Shown: positions 1 through 11,733, numbered from the stretch's first letter. The stretch: 64,000 bases of DNA from Octopus sinensis (GCF_006345805.1 NC_043004.1:58652001-58716000), one strand, 5' to 3'. Program-made: numbers and translations. Notes: a model not told the origin generated them from the sequence alone.

Positions 1-88
1 AGATGCACCAAAAAAACTATACTGTTTTAACAATACAGTAATGTGGGGTGATTATAAGCGAGAAAGAAGCAACAAGAATGGATAGGTT

Positions 89-178
89 TTTTAGTACAAT
101 CGTTTCATACAAGGACAGGCTTTATTAAAAGTTGTAAAATTACAGCATATAAACGTGTCCCGTACTCATCAGCTAAAA
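89..178 (-). ncRNA. Type I hammerhead ribozyme (PLE 3' terminus), left arm
   Basis: Mirror of 5491-5581: TTTTAG-CTGATGA-stem II-GAAAC-GATT-GTA-CTAAAA on the minus strand. Confidence 0.8.
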
Positions 179-1626
179 TACATGTGAGTTCTCTAGACAT
201 CCCCAGTGGTTGAGGCTATACTCATGAAGTAATGTAGATAATTAAGTAACATAAACAGATTTCCAAAGTTCATTAAAGTTCTTTAAAAGATGATGTACAG
301 TCTTATCACAGAATTTTAAAAAAGTTCTAATAGCATCACAGAGAAGGTGACCTAATCCATAGAGCACATATGAATTTCCAGAGATATGATGAGGGATTAC
401 ATACTCACAGAGACAAATTTATCCATTGTTAATCACAACGAGGTGGGTCCAATTCCTGCTTATTAGCATTACAGAGAGGGTGAATTAATCCTTGTATAGA
501 TACACAATTTCCAATGGTGTAGATGTAAGTTTCCAGAGAAATGAAGAGGAATTTCATATTCACAGGCGATAAATTTATCAATGGTTGAACACATGAGGTA
601 GGTATCAATTCTTGTTATATGATTAGGTATTTGCCACATTAATCACATTACTGCTATTTACAAGAGGCTGTAGCTATTTAACTTATAAAGGCTGAAGGGC
701 TTCGGAGAGGCCAAGAATAGAAAGGGAAGGGAATAGAAGAAAGAGAGAAAATAAGGGAGGAGGGAGCAAAAAAGGGGGGGGAAGGGGACTAAAGAGAAGA
801 GAAAAGGAAAAAGAGAATAAGAAGAAGAAACAGAAAAAAGAGAAAAGAGAAAGAAATAGGGAAAGAAGGGAAAAATATAAAAATAAAAAAGAGGGTTCTA
901 GTTATCCAGAAGAATTAGTAGACGGCAAGTCTGGTTTTAATTTACAGGCATCTATGAACTAGAGGAGAATATTATTCTTTGGCCAGTAAAACATTAATTT
1001 ATTGCTGTTGAAATCAGCTATGAATTTAAAGAGAGATCTAAAGAGATACACAGTCAGGGGTTTAGGGTCAGATGCTAAATCAAAAGAAAATACATTAGGA
1101 AAATCTAAGTATAATCTTATCAAAAGTCAATAAAACTTACTTATTTAATTTATTCATTTTATTGTCTTAAGGAGTTGCCGTTATTATTCATACATTGACG
1201 GGCTACAGGTCAAATCTTAGAAGATCATTTACAAGGTGTTAGGGGATTGTCTATCATAATGAAGATAATCATATTATCACCGAGGGGGTAGCCTTATTTA
1301 TTTAATTTTGAAATAGAATTATGGGGCTATAGTATCTCATTTTATTTTATTAGAGTTATGCTACTTAAATTAGATTAAGTTAGGAATTAAAATTAAAAAT
1401 TACAATTAAGATTTAAAATTGAATTTAAAAGATTATGAGTTTGAAATTAGGTAAGGCCTCAATTAAGCAGCGTATAAGTACTATTCATTTCCCTGTTCCC
1501 TAAAAACTGATGCAGATATAAGGAAAAAGATAACTGTGGTGTGAGAACTCTTAGTTATCTACTTAAAGCAGTGCTATACTAGTAGAAATCAAGTTATATC
1601 TATCTATCTAGTTACGGATATTCTAA

Positions 1627-2840
1627 TCATTTAAAATATTTTAAAGTCTTCAATTTAGCGTGGACACAAACTTGACCTAGTTCGATATGATTATTCAAGT
1701 TTCTATGTTTTCTATGCTTTAGAATTTCATACGTCTCCATGGAGCATAGTTGGCAACCAACCTTACTATTTTTATACGGAATTGCTCTCCTAACTATTTC
1801 CCAATTAAGGTTTAATTTTTATATTATTTTTGAGTTCCCATTTTTTGTTTGAAAGTGTGGTGGTACCAGCTTTATGACGTAAGTTAAAAGACGAGATGTG
1901 ATTTCTAACTCTGGCTAGAAAATTAATTGTACATCCAACGTAAAGATATTTGTTATTCTCCGTGGATATGGTACATTTATAGATTACATTATTTCCCACA
2001 TAGACCAGGTGCCGGGCATTTTGATTTTATTCTACACTTACACACAGGAGGAGCAACTTCAGGCTTTGGATTATTCTTGGGTAGATGTCTTAGGTTCCTA
2101 TTATTTTGATTATCATTTCTATATTTTGGTGCTGATATCTAAAGTATTGCTATTATTTATTGATCCTTCAGCTTCATCATTTAGGTTTAAAGTCCTACCA
2201 TGATTTCTATATTATTGGTAATGTTACTATTATTGTTAGTCTTTTTTCCGACTGCATATTGCTGTTATAAATATCACTGATATTTTCATTCTCCTTATTT
2301 TCTCCATTAGCCTTATATCTATTATTTCTATTATTAACATTATTACTTCTATTAATATCGGCATTGTTATTATTACTATTAATGTTAATGTTATTAGTCA
2401 TTCTGTGGTTACTAATTTCACCTATGTTTTGATAGTTGCTATTGTTGTTTTTTATTGTTGGTAGTATTATTATAATTGCTATTGGTATTCATGCTGATAT
2501 TATTATTTTTATTTCTATCTTTCCTGGCTATTTAATGTTTTTTATTATTAATCTTAGCTATTAAAGTGGACATATTTGGGAGGGTTGAATAAGAAATCCT
2601 AACTGTTTTCCTAGATATAATTCTATGATATCTATGAGAGATAGGGAAATTTTTTTCCAGAATTACTTTGAATTTGTTCTGTATATCCGATTGTATCGCA
2701 CAGTTGAAAGGGATATTCAGCCATAATATATCTTTTTTATTAAATTTAGGGTTCGTAGAATTACTACTATTCATCTCACCGGAGTTATTGTATTTATTAC
2801 CATTATTTTTATTTTTATTTTTATTTTTATTTTTGTGCAT
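1627..2840 (-). pseudogene. Mirror copy of the PLE GIY-YIG ORF remnant
   Basis: ORF-track pieces 2532-2999, 2207-2401 and 1805-1999 match the right-arm peptides; indels lie at different positions. Confidence 0.8.
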
Positions 2841-2844
2841 TAAG

Positions 2845-4044
2845 ATGCACAAAAATAAAAATAATGGTAATAAATACAATAACTCCGGTGAGATGAATAG
2901 TAGTAATTCTACGAACCCTAAATTTAATAAAAAAGATATATTATGGCTGAATATCCCTTTCAACTGTGCGATACAATCGGATATACAGAACAAATTCAAA
3001 GTAATTCTGGAAAAAAATTTCCCTATCTCTCATAGATATCATAGAATTATATCTAGGAAAACAGTTAGGATTTCTTATTCAACCCTCCCAAATATGTCCA
3101 CTTTAATAGCTAAGATTAATAATAAAAACATTAAACTAGCCAGGAAAGATAGAAATAAAAATAATAATATCAGCATGAATACCAATAGCAATTATAATAA
3201 TACTACCAACATAAAAACAACAATAGCAACTATCAAAACATAGGTGAAATTAGTAACCACAGAATGACTAATAACATTAACATTAATAGTAATAATAACA
3301 ATGCCGATATTAATAGAAGTAATAATGTTAATAATAGAAATAATAGATATAAGGCTAATGGAGAAAATAAGGAGAATGAAAATATCAGTGATATTTATAA
3401 CAGCAATATGCAGTCGGAAAAAAAGACTAACAATAATAGTACATTACCAATAATATAAGAAATCATGGTAGGACTTTAAACCTAAATGATGAAGCTGAAG
3501 GATCAATAAATAATAGCAATACTTTAGATATCAGCACCAACTATAGAAATGATAATCAAAATAATAGGAACCTAAGACATCTACCCAAGAATAATCCAAA
3601 GCCTGAAGTTGCTCCTCCTGTGTGTAAGTGTAGAATAAAATCAAAATGCCCGGCACCTGGTCTATGTGGGGAAAATAATGTAATCTATAAATGTACCATA
3701 TCCACGGAGAATAACAAATATCTTTACGTTGGATGTACAATTAATTTTCTAGCCAGAGTTAGAAATCACATCTCGTCTTTTAACTTACGTCATAAAGCTG
3801 GTACCACCACACTTTCAAACAAAATCTGGGAACTCAAAAATAATAATAAAAATTATAACCTTAATTGGAAATAGTTAGGAGAGCAATTCCGTATAAAAAT
3901 AGTAAGGTTGGTTGCCAACTATGCTCCATGGAGACGTATGAAATTCTAAAGCATAGAAAACATAGAAACTTATTGAATAATCATATCGAACTAGGTCAAG
4001 TTTGTGTCCACGCTAAATTGAAGACTTTAAAATATTTTAAATGA
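2845..4044 (+). pseudogene. PLE ORF C-terminal part: thumb/linker, Asn-rich spacer, Cys motif, GIY-YIG endonuclease (three 1-nt frameshifts in this arm)
   Basis: DILWLNIPFN...KNFPISHRYHRIISRKTVRISYSTLPNM; CxCx5Cx5C; VIYKC...YVGCT...RVRNH; then IVRRAIPYKNSKVGCQLCSMETYEIL...LLN...CVH to TGA at 4042-4044. Confidence 0.85.
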
Positions 4045-5052
4045 TTAGAATATCCGTAATAGATAGATAGATATAACTTGATTCTACTAGTATAGCACTG
4101 CTTAAGTAGAAACTAAGAGTTCTCACACCACAGTTATCTTTTTCCTTATATCTGCATCAGTTTTTAGGGAACAGGGAAATGAATAGTACTTATACGCTGC
4201 TTAATTGAGGCCTTACCTAATTTCAAACTCATAATCTTTAAATTCTTAATTTTAAATCTTAATTGTAATTTTTAATTTTAATTCCTAACTAATCTAATTT
4301 AAGTAGCATAACTCTAATAAAATAAAATGAGATACTATAGCCCCATAATTCTATTTCAAAATTAAATAAATAAGGCTACCCCCTCGGTGATAATATGATT
4401 ATCTTCATTATGATAGACAATCCCCTAACACCTTGTAAATGATCTTCTAAGATTTGACCTGTAGCCCGTCAATGTATGAATAATAACGGCAACTCCTTAA
4501 GACAATAAAATGAATAAATTAAATAAGTAAGTTTTATTGACTTTTTGATAAGATTATACTTAGATTTTCCTAATGTATTTTCTTTTGATTTTAGCATCTG
4601 ACCCTAAACCCCTGACTGGTTATCTCTTTAGATTCTCTTTAAATTCATAGCTGATTTCAACAGCAATAAATAACTGTTTTACTGGCCAAAGAATAATATT
4701 CTCCTCTAGTTCATAGATGCCTGTAAATTAAAACCAGACTTGCCGTCTACTAATTCTTCTGGATAACTAGAACCCTCTTTTTATTTTTATATTTTTCCCT
4801 TCTTTCCCTATTTCTTTCTCTTCTCTTTTTTCTGTTTCTTCTTCTTCTTATTCTCTTTTCCTTTTCTCTTCTCTTTTAGTCCCCTTCCCCCCCCTTTTTT
4901 TGCTCCCTCCTCCTTATTTTTCTCTTTTCTTCTATTCCCTCCCTTTCTATTCTTGGCCTCTCCAGAAGGCCCTTCAGCCTTTATAAGTTAAATAGCTACA
5001 GCCTCTTGTAAATAGCAGTAATGTGATTAATGTGGCAAATACCTAATATTAA

Positions 5053-5345
5053 CAAGAATTGATACCTACCTCATTGTGTTCAACCATTGATAAATTTATC
5101 GCCTGTGAATATGAAATTCCTCTTCATTTCTCTGGAAACTTACATCTACACCATTGGAAATTGTGTATCTATACAAAGGATTAATTCACCCTCTCTGTAA
5201 TGCTAATAAGCAGGAATTGAGACCCACCTCGTTGTGATTAACAATGGATAAATTTGTCTTCTGTGAGTATGTAATCCCTCATCATATCTCTGGAAATTCA
5301 TATGTGCTCTATGGATTAGGTCACCTTCTCTGTGATGCTATTAGA
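5053..5345 (+). repeat. Diverged ~158/135-bp tandem duplication in the PLE 3' region (mirrored at ~325-620)
   Basis: CAAGAATTGATACCTACCTC...TGTAATGCTAATAAG followed by CAGGAATTGAGACCCACCTC...TGTGATGCTATTAG. Confidence 0.7.
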
Positions 5346-5490
5346 ACTTTTTTAAAATTCTGTGATAAGACTGTACATCATCTTTAAAGAACTTTAATGA
5401 ACTTTGGAAATCTGTTTATGTTACTTAATTATCTACATTACTTCATGAGTATAGCCTCAACCACTAGGATGTCTAGAGAACTCACATGTA

Positions 5491-5581
5491 TTTTAGCTGA
5501 TGAGTACGGGACACGTTTATATGCTGTAATTTTTACAACTTTTAATAAAGCCTGTCCTTGTATGAAACGATTGTACTAAAA
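5491..5581 (+). ncRNA. Type I hammerhead ribozyme (PLE 3' terminus), right arm
   Basis: Stem I TTTTAG/CTAAAA; core CTGATGA 5497-5503; stem II GTACGGGAC/GTCCTTGTAT; GAAAC 5564-5568; minimal stem III with GATT loop; GTA cleavage triplet 5573-5575. Confidence 0.82.
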
Positions 5582-5610
5582 ACCTATCCATTCTTGTTGC
5601 TTCTTTCTCG

Positions 5611-5820
<210 letters not shown>

Positions 5821-5852
5821 GGGTTATTATTATTGTTGTTGTTGTTGTTGTT

Positions 5853-6050
5853 AAGACAGGGAGTTGGGGAAATTTTTACCAAGCCAAATGAAATGCTTAG
5901 TGGCCATTTCATCTGTCTTCACATTCTGAGTTCAAATTCTACCAAGGTCAACTTTACTTTTCATCCCTTTGAGGTTGATAAATCAAGTACTAGTTGAGTA
6001 CTGGGTTCAATGTAATCGACTAGTCCCCTCCTGCCAAATTTAGTAGAAAG
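5853..6050 (+). mobile_element. SINE family C (tRNA-like head, Deu/Nin-like core), degenerate
   Basis: TTCTGAGTTCAAATT...TTTCATCCCTTTGAGGTTGATAAA..GTAC; homologous to 56296-56524. Confidence 0.7.
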
Positions 6051-6068
6051 GATCATCATCATCATTAT

Positions 6069-6626
6069 TGAGTGAGAGAGCAGTGCATGCCATCAAAGTG
6101 ACACTGGGGTAAAATATACGAAGCCCAGTATACCCATCATGACTACCCGTCTGATAAGGGTACACCAGGCACATGCATCACAACCATATGTGTGAGACAT
6201 GGTGATCTCATATCAAGATAAACAGCACATGACCTTGCAGGTGGGGCCCAGTTAGAATTTTCTTCTGGTCGAGAAGCCCATCCCACTCAAAATGTCCCTG
6301 AATAAGGTTTGTTTAGGATGTTGAGCGACACACTCATGTTTCCAGAGGTGAATTATTCAAACCGAAAGAACCCTTCTCGAACACATGGCTATGATGCTCC
6401 CCCACTACTTCTGCTCGTGATCAGAGATGCACATATCGTCAGCCACTAAGGGACATGCTCAACTGGTTAAGGTTAAACAACTGACAAGCAAATCTGTGGT
6501 ATTGAGCAGAATATTTGCTATAAAACCCATCTTTTATACCAAGACAAAACAATGTACATGATACCACTTCCAATCAGTTAAGATCAGAAGCTACGAGAGG
6601 CACTGCCTGGTACTGCATCAGGGCAT
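6069..6626 (-). mobile_element. Unclassified ~560-bp interspersed repeat (family E) within (AAT)n
   Basis: Second copy in opposite orientation at 41575-42023; flanked by ATT/AAT tracts. Confidence 0.75.
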
Positions 6627-6641
6627 CTATTATTATTATTA

Positions 6642-6687
<46 letters not shown>

Positions 6688-6694
6688 CATCATT

Positions 6695-6725
<31 letters not shown>

Positions 6726-6737
6726 TTATCATTATTA
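6627..6737. repeat. (ATT)n microsatellite
   Basis: Direct reading. Confidence 0.95.
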
Positions 6738-7857
6738 ACCAAAACAAATATTCTTAAGAAGAGATACTGGCTGGTAAAAATATAACCTTGAATTAGATTA
6801 AGCGTAAAGAAAGATCTTTAATTATTCCCTTTTCAAATATCTTGGATATGTTTTTTTTTTATTGTGAATTCTCATTTTTGTAATGCATCAATTAATTCTC
6901 ATTTATTTCTGATCTATTTGATTGCTGTGAGAAACAAGTAATTTAGAATGATATTAGTTTCTCATACTCCTTATCAATTCAAATAATGAATAGTGCTAAT
7001 GACTTTGAAGAGTAATTTATGAACTTTATTTCATAACATAATTATAATAACAATATCAAAGAAATAGTTTCATTAAATTGCTATAAAACAATAATCTCAA
7101 TATTAATATACTAAATATATAAAATACTAAGAATGAAGTTTGATATTATTCCAATTAATATTTCACATTTAATTTAACTCAACACTATTCTGTTCCAGAA
7201 AGTTTAATATTACTGGTCTCTGTGTGAAAGGGAATAAATTTCATCCTGTAGTTTCCAAAAAAATGTAACAAATTATTGCAAGCCTATAGAATGGCAATAG
7301 AAGGTAACTACAATAGGCTATTGTCAACTTTAATTTCTATCTCAGGTATACATTTGTTTTAAAATACAATCAAATATTTTATTTCATTAAAGTTAATAAT
7401 GTGTATGGAAATTTAATTGCATATGTGTAAAGAATAAAATAATTTAAAAATAATAGTAACATTTAAAATTTTCTGATCATGCTTAAAGTTTCATACCTGA
7501 TTAAGGAATCTGTTTTCTACCAAACTGATTCAATTACTGCATCAGTATTCTTAGGAAAGACACTTGGTCAGTTATCTTCCCTTGTAATTCTGAAACTTCA
7601 TGCTTGATTAAAAAAATCATTATTTTGCATTTTGAAAAAGACTACAATTATTATAGTTATTCAATATCAATCATTATCAATTCATTATGAATTAAAATTA
7701 CATGATTCCATGAAAACAAAATTGTTAGTTTTTTGGAATATTTCCAGATTATCTTAAAATGCCATATAAAGAATTGAGTAAGTAAAATCTTGACTAATCT
7801 ATTAAGGTTTTTAAAAATATCGATTTTTTTTTCTCATTCTTTAAATATAAAAAGACT

Positions 7858-8250
7858 GAAGCTTGCTTCCCAATCATATGGTTCCAGGTTCAGTCCCTCT
7901 GCATGACACTTGGGCAAGTGTCTTCTATTGTAGCCTCAGGTGAACCAAAGATTTGTCAGTGGATTTGGCCAGCAAAAACTGAAAAAAGCTTGTCATATAT
8001 ATATATATTGGATTATATCTATGCGTTGTGTCTTAGTGTCAGTATTTGTCCCCCATCACTGTTTGATAACCGGTGTTGGTGTGTTAATCTCCCTGTAACT
8101 TTGCAGTCCAGCAAAAGGGACCAATAGAATAAGTATTAGGCATAAAAAATAAATCCTAAGGTTAATTTGTTTGACTAAAATCCTTCGATGAAGTGGTTTA
8201 GTATGACCATAGTCACATTACTGAGATAAGTAAAAGCAAAAGCAAAAGAT
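7858..8250 (+). mobile_element. SINE family A (tRNA-like head, CORE-like CCTTGGGCAAGT, internal TA/TG tract, GTAAAAGA tail), degenerate
   Basis: Homologous to intact copies such as 40591-41008. Confidence 0.75.
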
Positions 8251-8256
8251 GTATGC

Positions 8257-8677
8257 ATAGGAGTGGCTGTGTGGTAAGTAGCTTGCTTACCAACCACATG
8301 GTTCCGGGTTCAGTCCCACTGTGTGGCACTTTGGGCAAGTGTTTTCTACTATAGCCTCGGGCCAACCAATGCCTTGTGAGTGGATTTGGTTGATGGAAAC
8401 AGAAAGAAGTCCATCGTATATATATGTATATGTATGTGTGTGTATATGTTTGGGACAAACACAGACAAACAAACATATACACACACACACACACACATAT
8501 GTACATATATACAACAGGCTTCTTTGAGTTTCCGTCTACCAAATCCACTTACAAGGCTTTGGTTGGCCCAAGGCTATAGCAGAAGACACTTGCCCAAGGT
8601 GCCACGCAGTGGGACTGAACCTGGAACCATGTGATTCATAAGCAAACTACTTACCACACAGCCACTCCTACGCCTAT
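8257..8677. mobile_element. Two 5' halves of SINE A joined tail-to-tail (inverted pair)
   Basis: AGGAGTGGCTGTGTGGTAAG at 8259 (+) and its reverse complement ending 8670; junction GTTTG-GGA-CAAAC near 8448-8460. Confidence 0.85.
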
Positions 8678-9500
8678 AATCAAAATTTGGAGAAAACTTC
8701 AGTTACTTTCATGTATGATACTTAATGAACCAGCAACTGGATCATAATTTCACTTGTAATTAATTAACAAAGTAGTTCATTAAGAGAGTCATTAAAGTCA
8801 TTAGAGCAGTATTTGCCCTGATTCTCTGCACCCTGAGTTCAAATAATGTTGAGACCATCTTTGCATTTCACTCTTGTGAAGTTAATAACAATATGTCAAT
8901 CCTGATCAGTAGATTAATGGAACTGTAACAACATCAGACCAGTTGTATTGCCAGATTTGTTCTGACTTCTTGTGAACTGAGTTCAAATCTTGAGGTGGCC
9001 AAGCTGGACGTCAGATGTAATCCATTACTTTGTTTTGACACTTCCACATGACATCTTGGGTATCCACTCTGCTGCAAGCATTTGAGCCAGGTTTTTGTTT
9101 TAAAGATACCTACCTCTCTCCTCCTTCTAACCAATCTTAGATGCCCTGTAAAAGGTTACTAACACTAACTTCTTACTTGGCCCAAAAGGTTAAAGCAAAA
9201 CATAAAGCAACAAAATAAAATGAAAAGAAAAAAATGACAGGAACGGTTTGTTAGAACAGTTTTTATATTCACTCAGAAACTATTTTCTTTTTCATTAGAA
9301 AAAAATGCAGAATATATTCATATCTTTATTATCTTATTCTTATCTGTTTGATTATTCAACAACTGTCAAGTTTTCATTTCTATTTGAATGTATGAGTATA
9401 TATATATTATATATATGTGTGTGTATGTATGTATGTATGTATGTATGTATGTATGTATGTATGTATGTATGTATTATATATATATATATTATATATATAG

Positions 9501-9886
9501 TGGAGGCGCAATGGCCCAGTGGTTAGGGCAGCAGACTCGCAGTCATAGGATCGCGGTTTCGATTCCCGGACCGGGCGTTGTGAGTGTTTATTGAGCAAAA
9601 ACACCTAAAGCTCCACGAGGCTCCGGCAGGGATGGGTGATCCCTGCTGTACTCTTTCACCACAACTTTCTCTCACTCTTACTTCCTGTTTCTGTTGTACC
9701 TGTATTTCAAAGGGCCGGCCTTGTCACTCTCTGTGTCACGCTGAATATCCCCGAGAACTACGTTAAGGGTACATGTGTCTGTGGAGTGCTCAGCCACTTA
9801 CACGTTAATCTCACAAGCAGGCTGTTCCGTTGATTCGGATCAACCGGAACCCTCGTCGTCATAACCGACGGAGTGCTTCCATCCCA
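9501..9886 (+). mobile_element. SINE family B (tRNA-derived head, tail ...GACGGAGTGCTTCCA)
   Basis: A-box TGGCCCAGTGG, B-box GTTTCGATTCC; near-identical copy at 21689-22072. Confidence 0.85.
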
Positions 9887-10156
9887 TATATATATATATA
9901 TTAGGATGTTTGGAAAGTAATTGTGTTTTACCAGAAAGGCTTTAAAAACGAATGTAAACTATATTTATTTGAATAGTTTAAATCAAGAATGTAATCAGCG
10001 TTGTTTCCAATAACTCCACCCCAACGGGAAAGTAACTTTTTTATGCCACTTTCAAAGAAATCTATTTCTTTTTCTGAAAAAAAATGTCTGAAAGATTGTT
10101 TTCAACTTCCTCCCCCTGTTTCTGAGTGTTTTGCTTCTTACAAAATGTTCTAGAGA

Positions 10157-10426
10157 TCAGAACACTTGGAAATCTGTATATCCTAAGTCAGGTGAGTATG
10201 GAGGATGTGGAAGAACTTCCCATCCTAACAATCTTACATTTTCTTGGGTTTGTTTTGAAGAGTGCGGCCATGCATTGTGATGCTGGAGAATAACACCTTT
10301 CCTGTTTAACAAAACTGGCCACTTCTGATGTAAATTTTCATTTACAAGATCAAGTTGTTGGCAGTAGACATCTGCATTTATGCTCCTGCCAAGTTCCAGT
10401 AGCTCATAATAGAAGATAGCTTTCAT
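10157..10426 (-). pseudogene. Mariner transposase catalytic-domain fragment
   Basis: YYELL...INADVYCQQL...VILQHHNAWPH...GWEVLPHPPYSPDL. Confidence 0.9.
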
Positions 10427-10684
10427 ATTTCATCAAACACAGAGCAAGGATTTTCATGGATGGTTTTGGTTTTAGCCCTGGCCTCTCATTACATGATAAC
10501 CATTGTCCTTTTCATTTTCTGTTGTGATGTAAAACCCATTTTTCATCACCTGTAGCAATGCACTGCAGAAATGGTAGGTTGTTTATCCTGGTTAGAAGAC
10601 TGCTGCAATTCTCCAGTGTACGCTCATGTGGAATCCAAATTCCTTCTTTGCATGTTTATCCAATTTGCTTGAGATGTTTGTTGG

Positions 10685-11096
10685 TACTCTCTCTTTTTCT
10701 CTTTTACTTGTTTCAGTCATTTGACTGCAGCCATGCTGGAGCACTGCCTTTAGTCGAGCAAATCAACCCCGGGACTTATTCTTTGTAAGCTCAGTACTTA
10801 TTCTATCGGTCTCTTTTGCCGAACCGCTAGGTAACGGGGACGTAAACACACCAGCATCAGTTGTCAAGCAATGCTACGGGGACAAACACAGACACACAAA
10901 CACACACATACATATACATATATATACATATATACGACAGGCTTCTTTCAGTTTCCGTCTACCAAATCCACTCACAAGGCTTTGGTCGGCCCGAGGCTAT
11001 AGTAGAAGACACTTGCCCAAGGTGCCACGCAGTGGGACTGAACCCGGAACCATGCGGTTGGTAAACAAGCTACTTACCACACAGCCACTCCTGCGC
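10685..11096 (-). mobile_element. SINE family A inserted into the mariner
   Basis: Full-length reverse copy splitting the transposase between SCST and KHLKQIG. Confidence 0.9.
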
Positions 11097-11560
11097 TAGT
11101 TGAACATGACGCATTAAATTTTTACGCCAAATCTCTGGTGCATTGATGTGGATATGATACAATAGGTTCATTCAAAATGTCATCATTCAGAGAGGGTCAA
11201 CTTCCAGAGCGAGGTTTGTTGGATGTGTCTCAACTGCCATCTTTAATCTTTTAAACCACAGCTGACACATACAAGATTTCACTGCATCCGGATACACTTC
11301 ACAAATGTTTTCCATTGCTTCTGTTGTGATACTTTTCTTTCTAAACTCATACAGTAAACAATGGCAAATATGTTGTTTCATAAAGTTCTTATCCTCCATG
11401 GGTTTAATTACCAAAATAACTATGAATGACACGCTGCCGGATAGAAGAGATGATGTTCTATTTCTAGACAGTTCCCATCCATTTGACCTTGGCTCTGATG
11501 TGATTGGTTGATTCATATTTCATCGTGGTGAAAAACACAATTACTTCTGAAGAACACCCT

Positions 11561-11623
<63 letters not shown>

Positions 11624-11658
11624 TGCATAATTATATATGGTATATATATATATATATA

Positions 11659-11733
<75 letters not shown>

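Larger units (their letters stand above)
55..2840 (-). mobile_element. Penelope-like retroelement (Naiad-type), RT-less/5'-truncated; left arm of giant fold-back
   Basis: Reverse complement of 2845-5615 along its whole length; carries GIY-YIG coding remnant and a terminal hammerhead. Confidence 0.85.
9901..11562 (-). mobile_element. Mariner DNA transposon (Hsmar1/cecropia-like TIRs), decayed, interrupted by SINE A
   Basis: TIRs TTAGGATGTTTGGAAAGTAATTGTGTTT and reverse complement TTAGGGTGTTCTTCAGAAGTAATTGTGTTT, both next to TA tracts; HTH-like KQHICHCLLYEF, WIPHE, and LPHPPYSPDL motifs. Confidence 0.9.

Noticed and set aside
1-16. AGATGCACCAAAAAAA at the window start resembles the apex sequence AGATGCACAAAAA (2843-2855)
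   Set aside because: The match is short, half of it is poly-A, and it lies at the window edge; it cannot be interpreted without upstream sequence.
2532-3243. Two ORFs sharing an identical N-terminus (2532-2999 minus, 2668-3243 plus)
   Set aside because: An artefact of reading through the palindrome apex; the hydrophobic N-terminal part is the antisense of the other arm.
9501-9575. tRNA-like sequences at SINE heads (also 21689, 27195, 41221)
   Set aside because: They lack complete acceptor stems and continue into SINE bodies; they are not functional tRNA genes.
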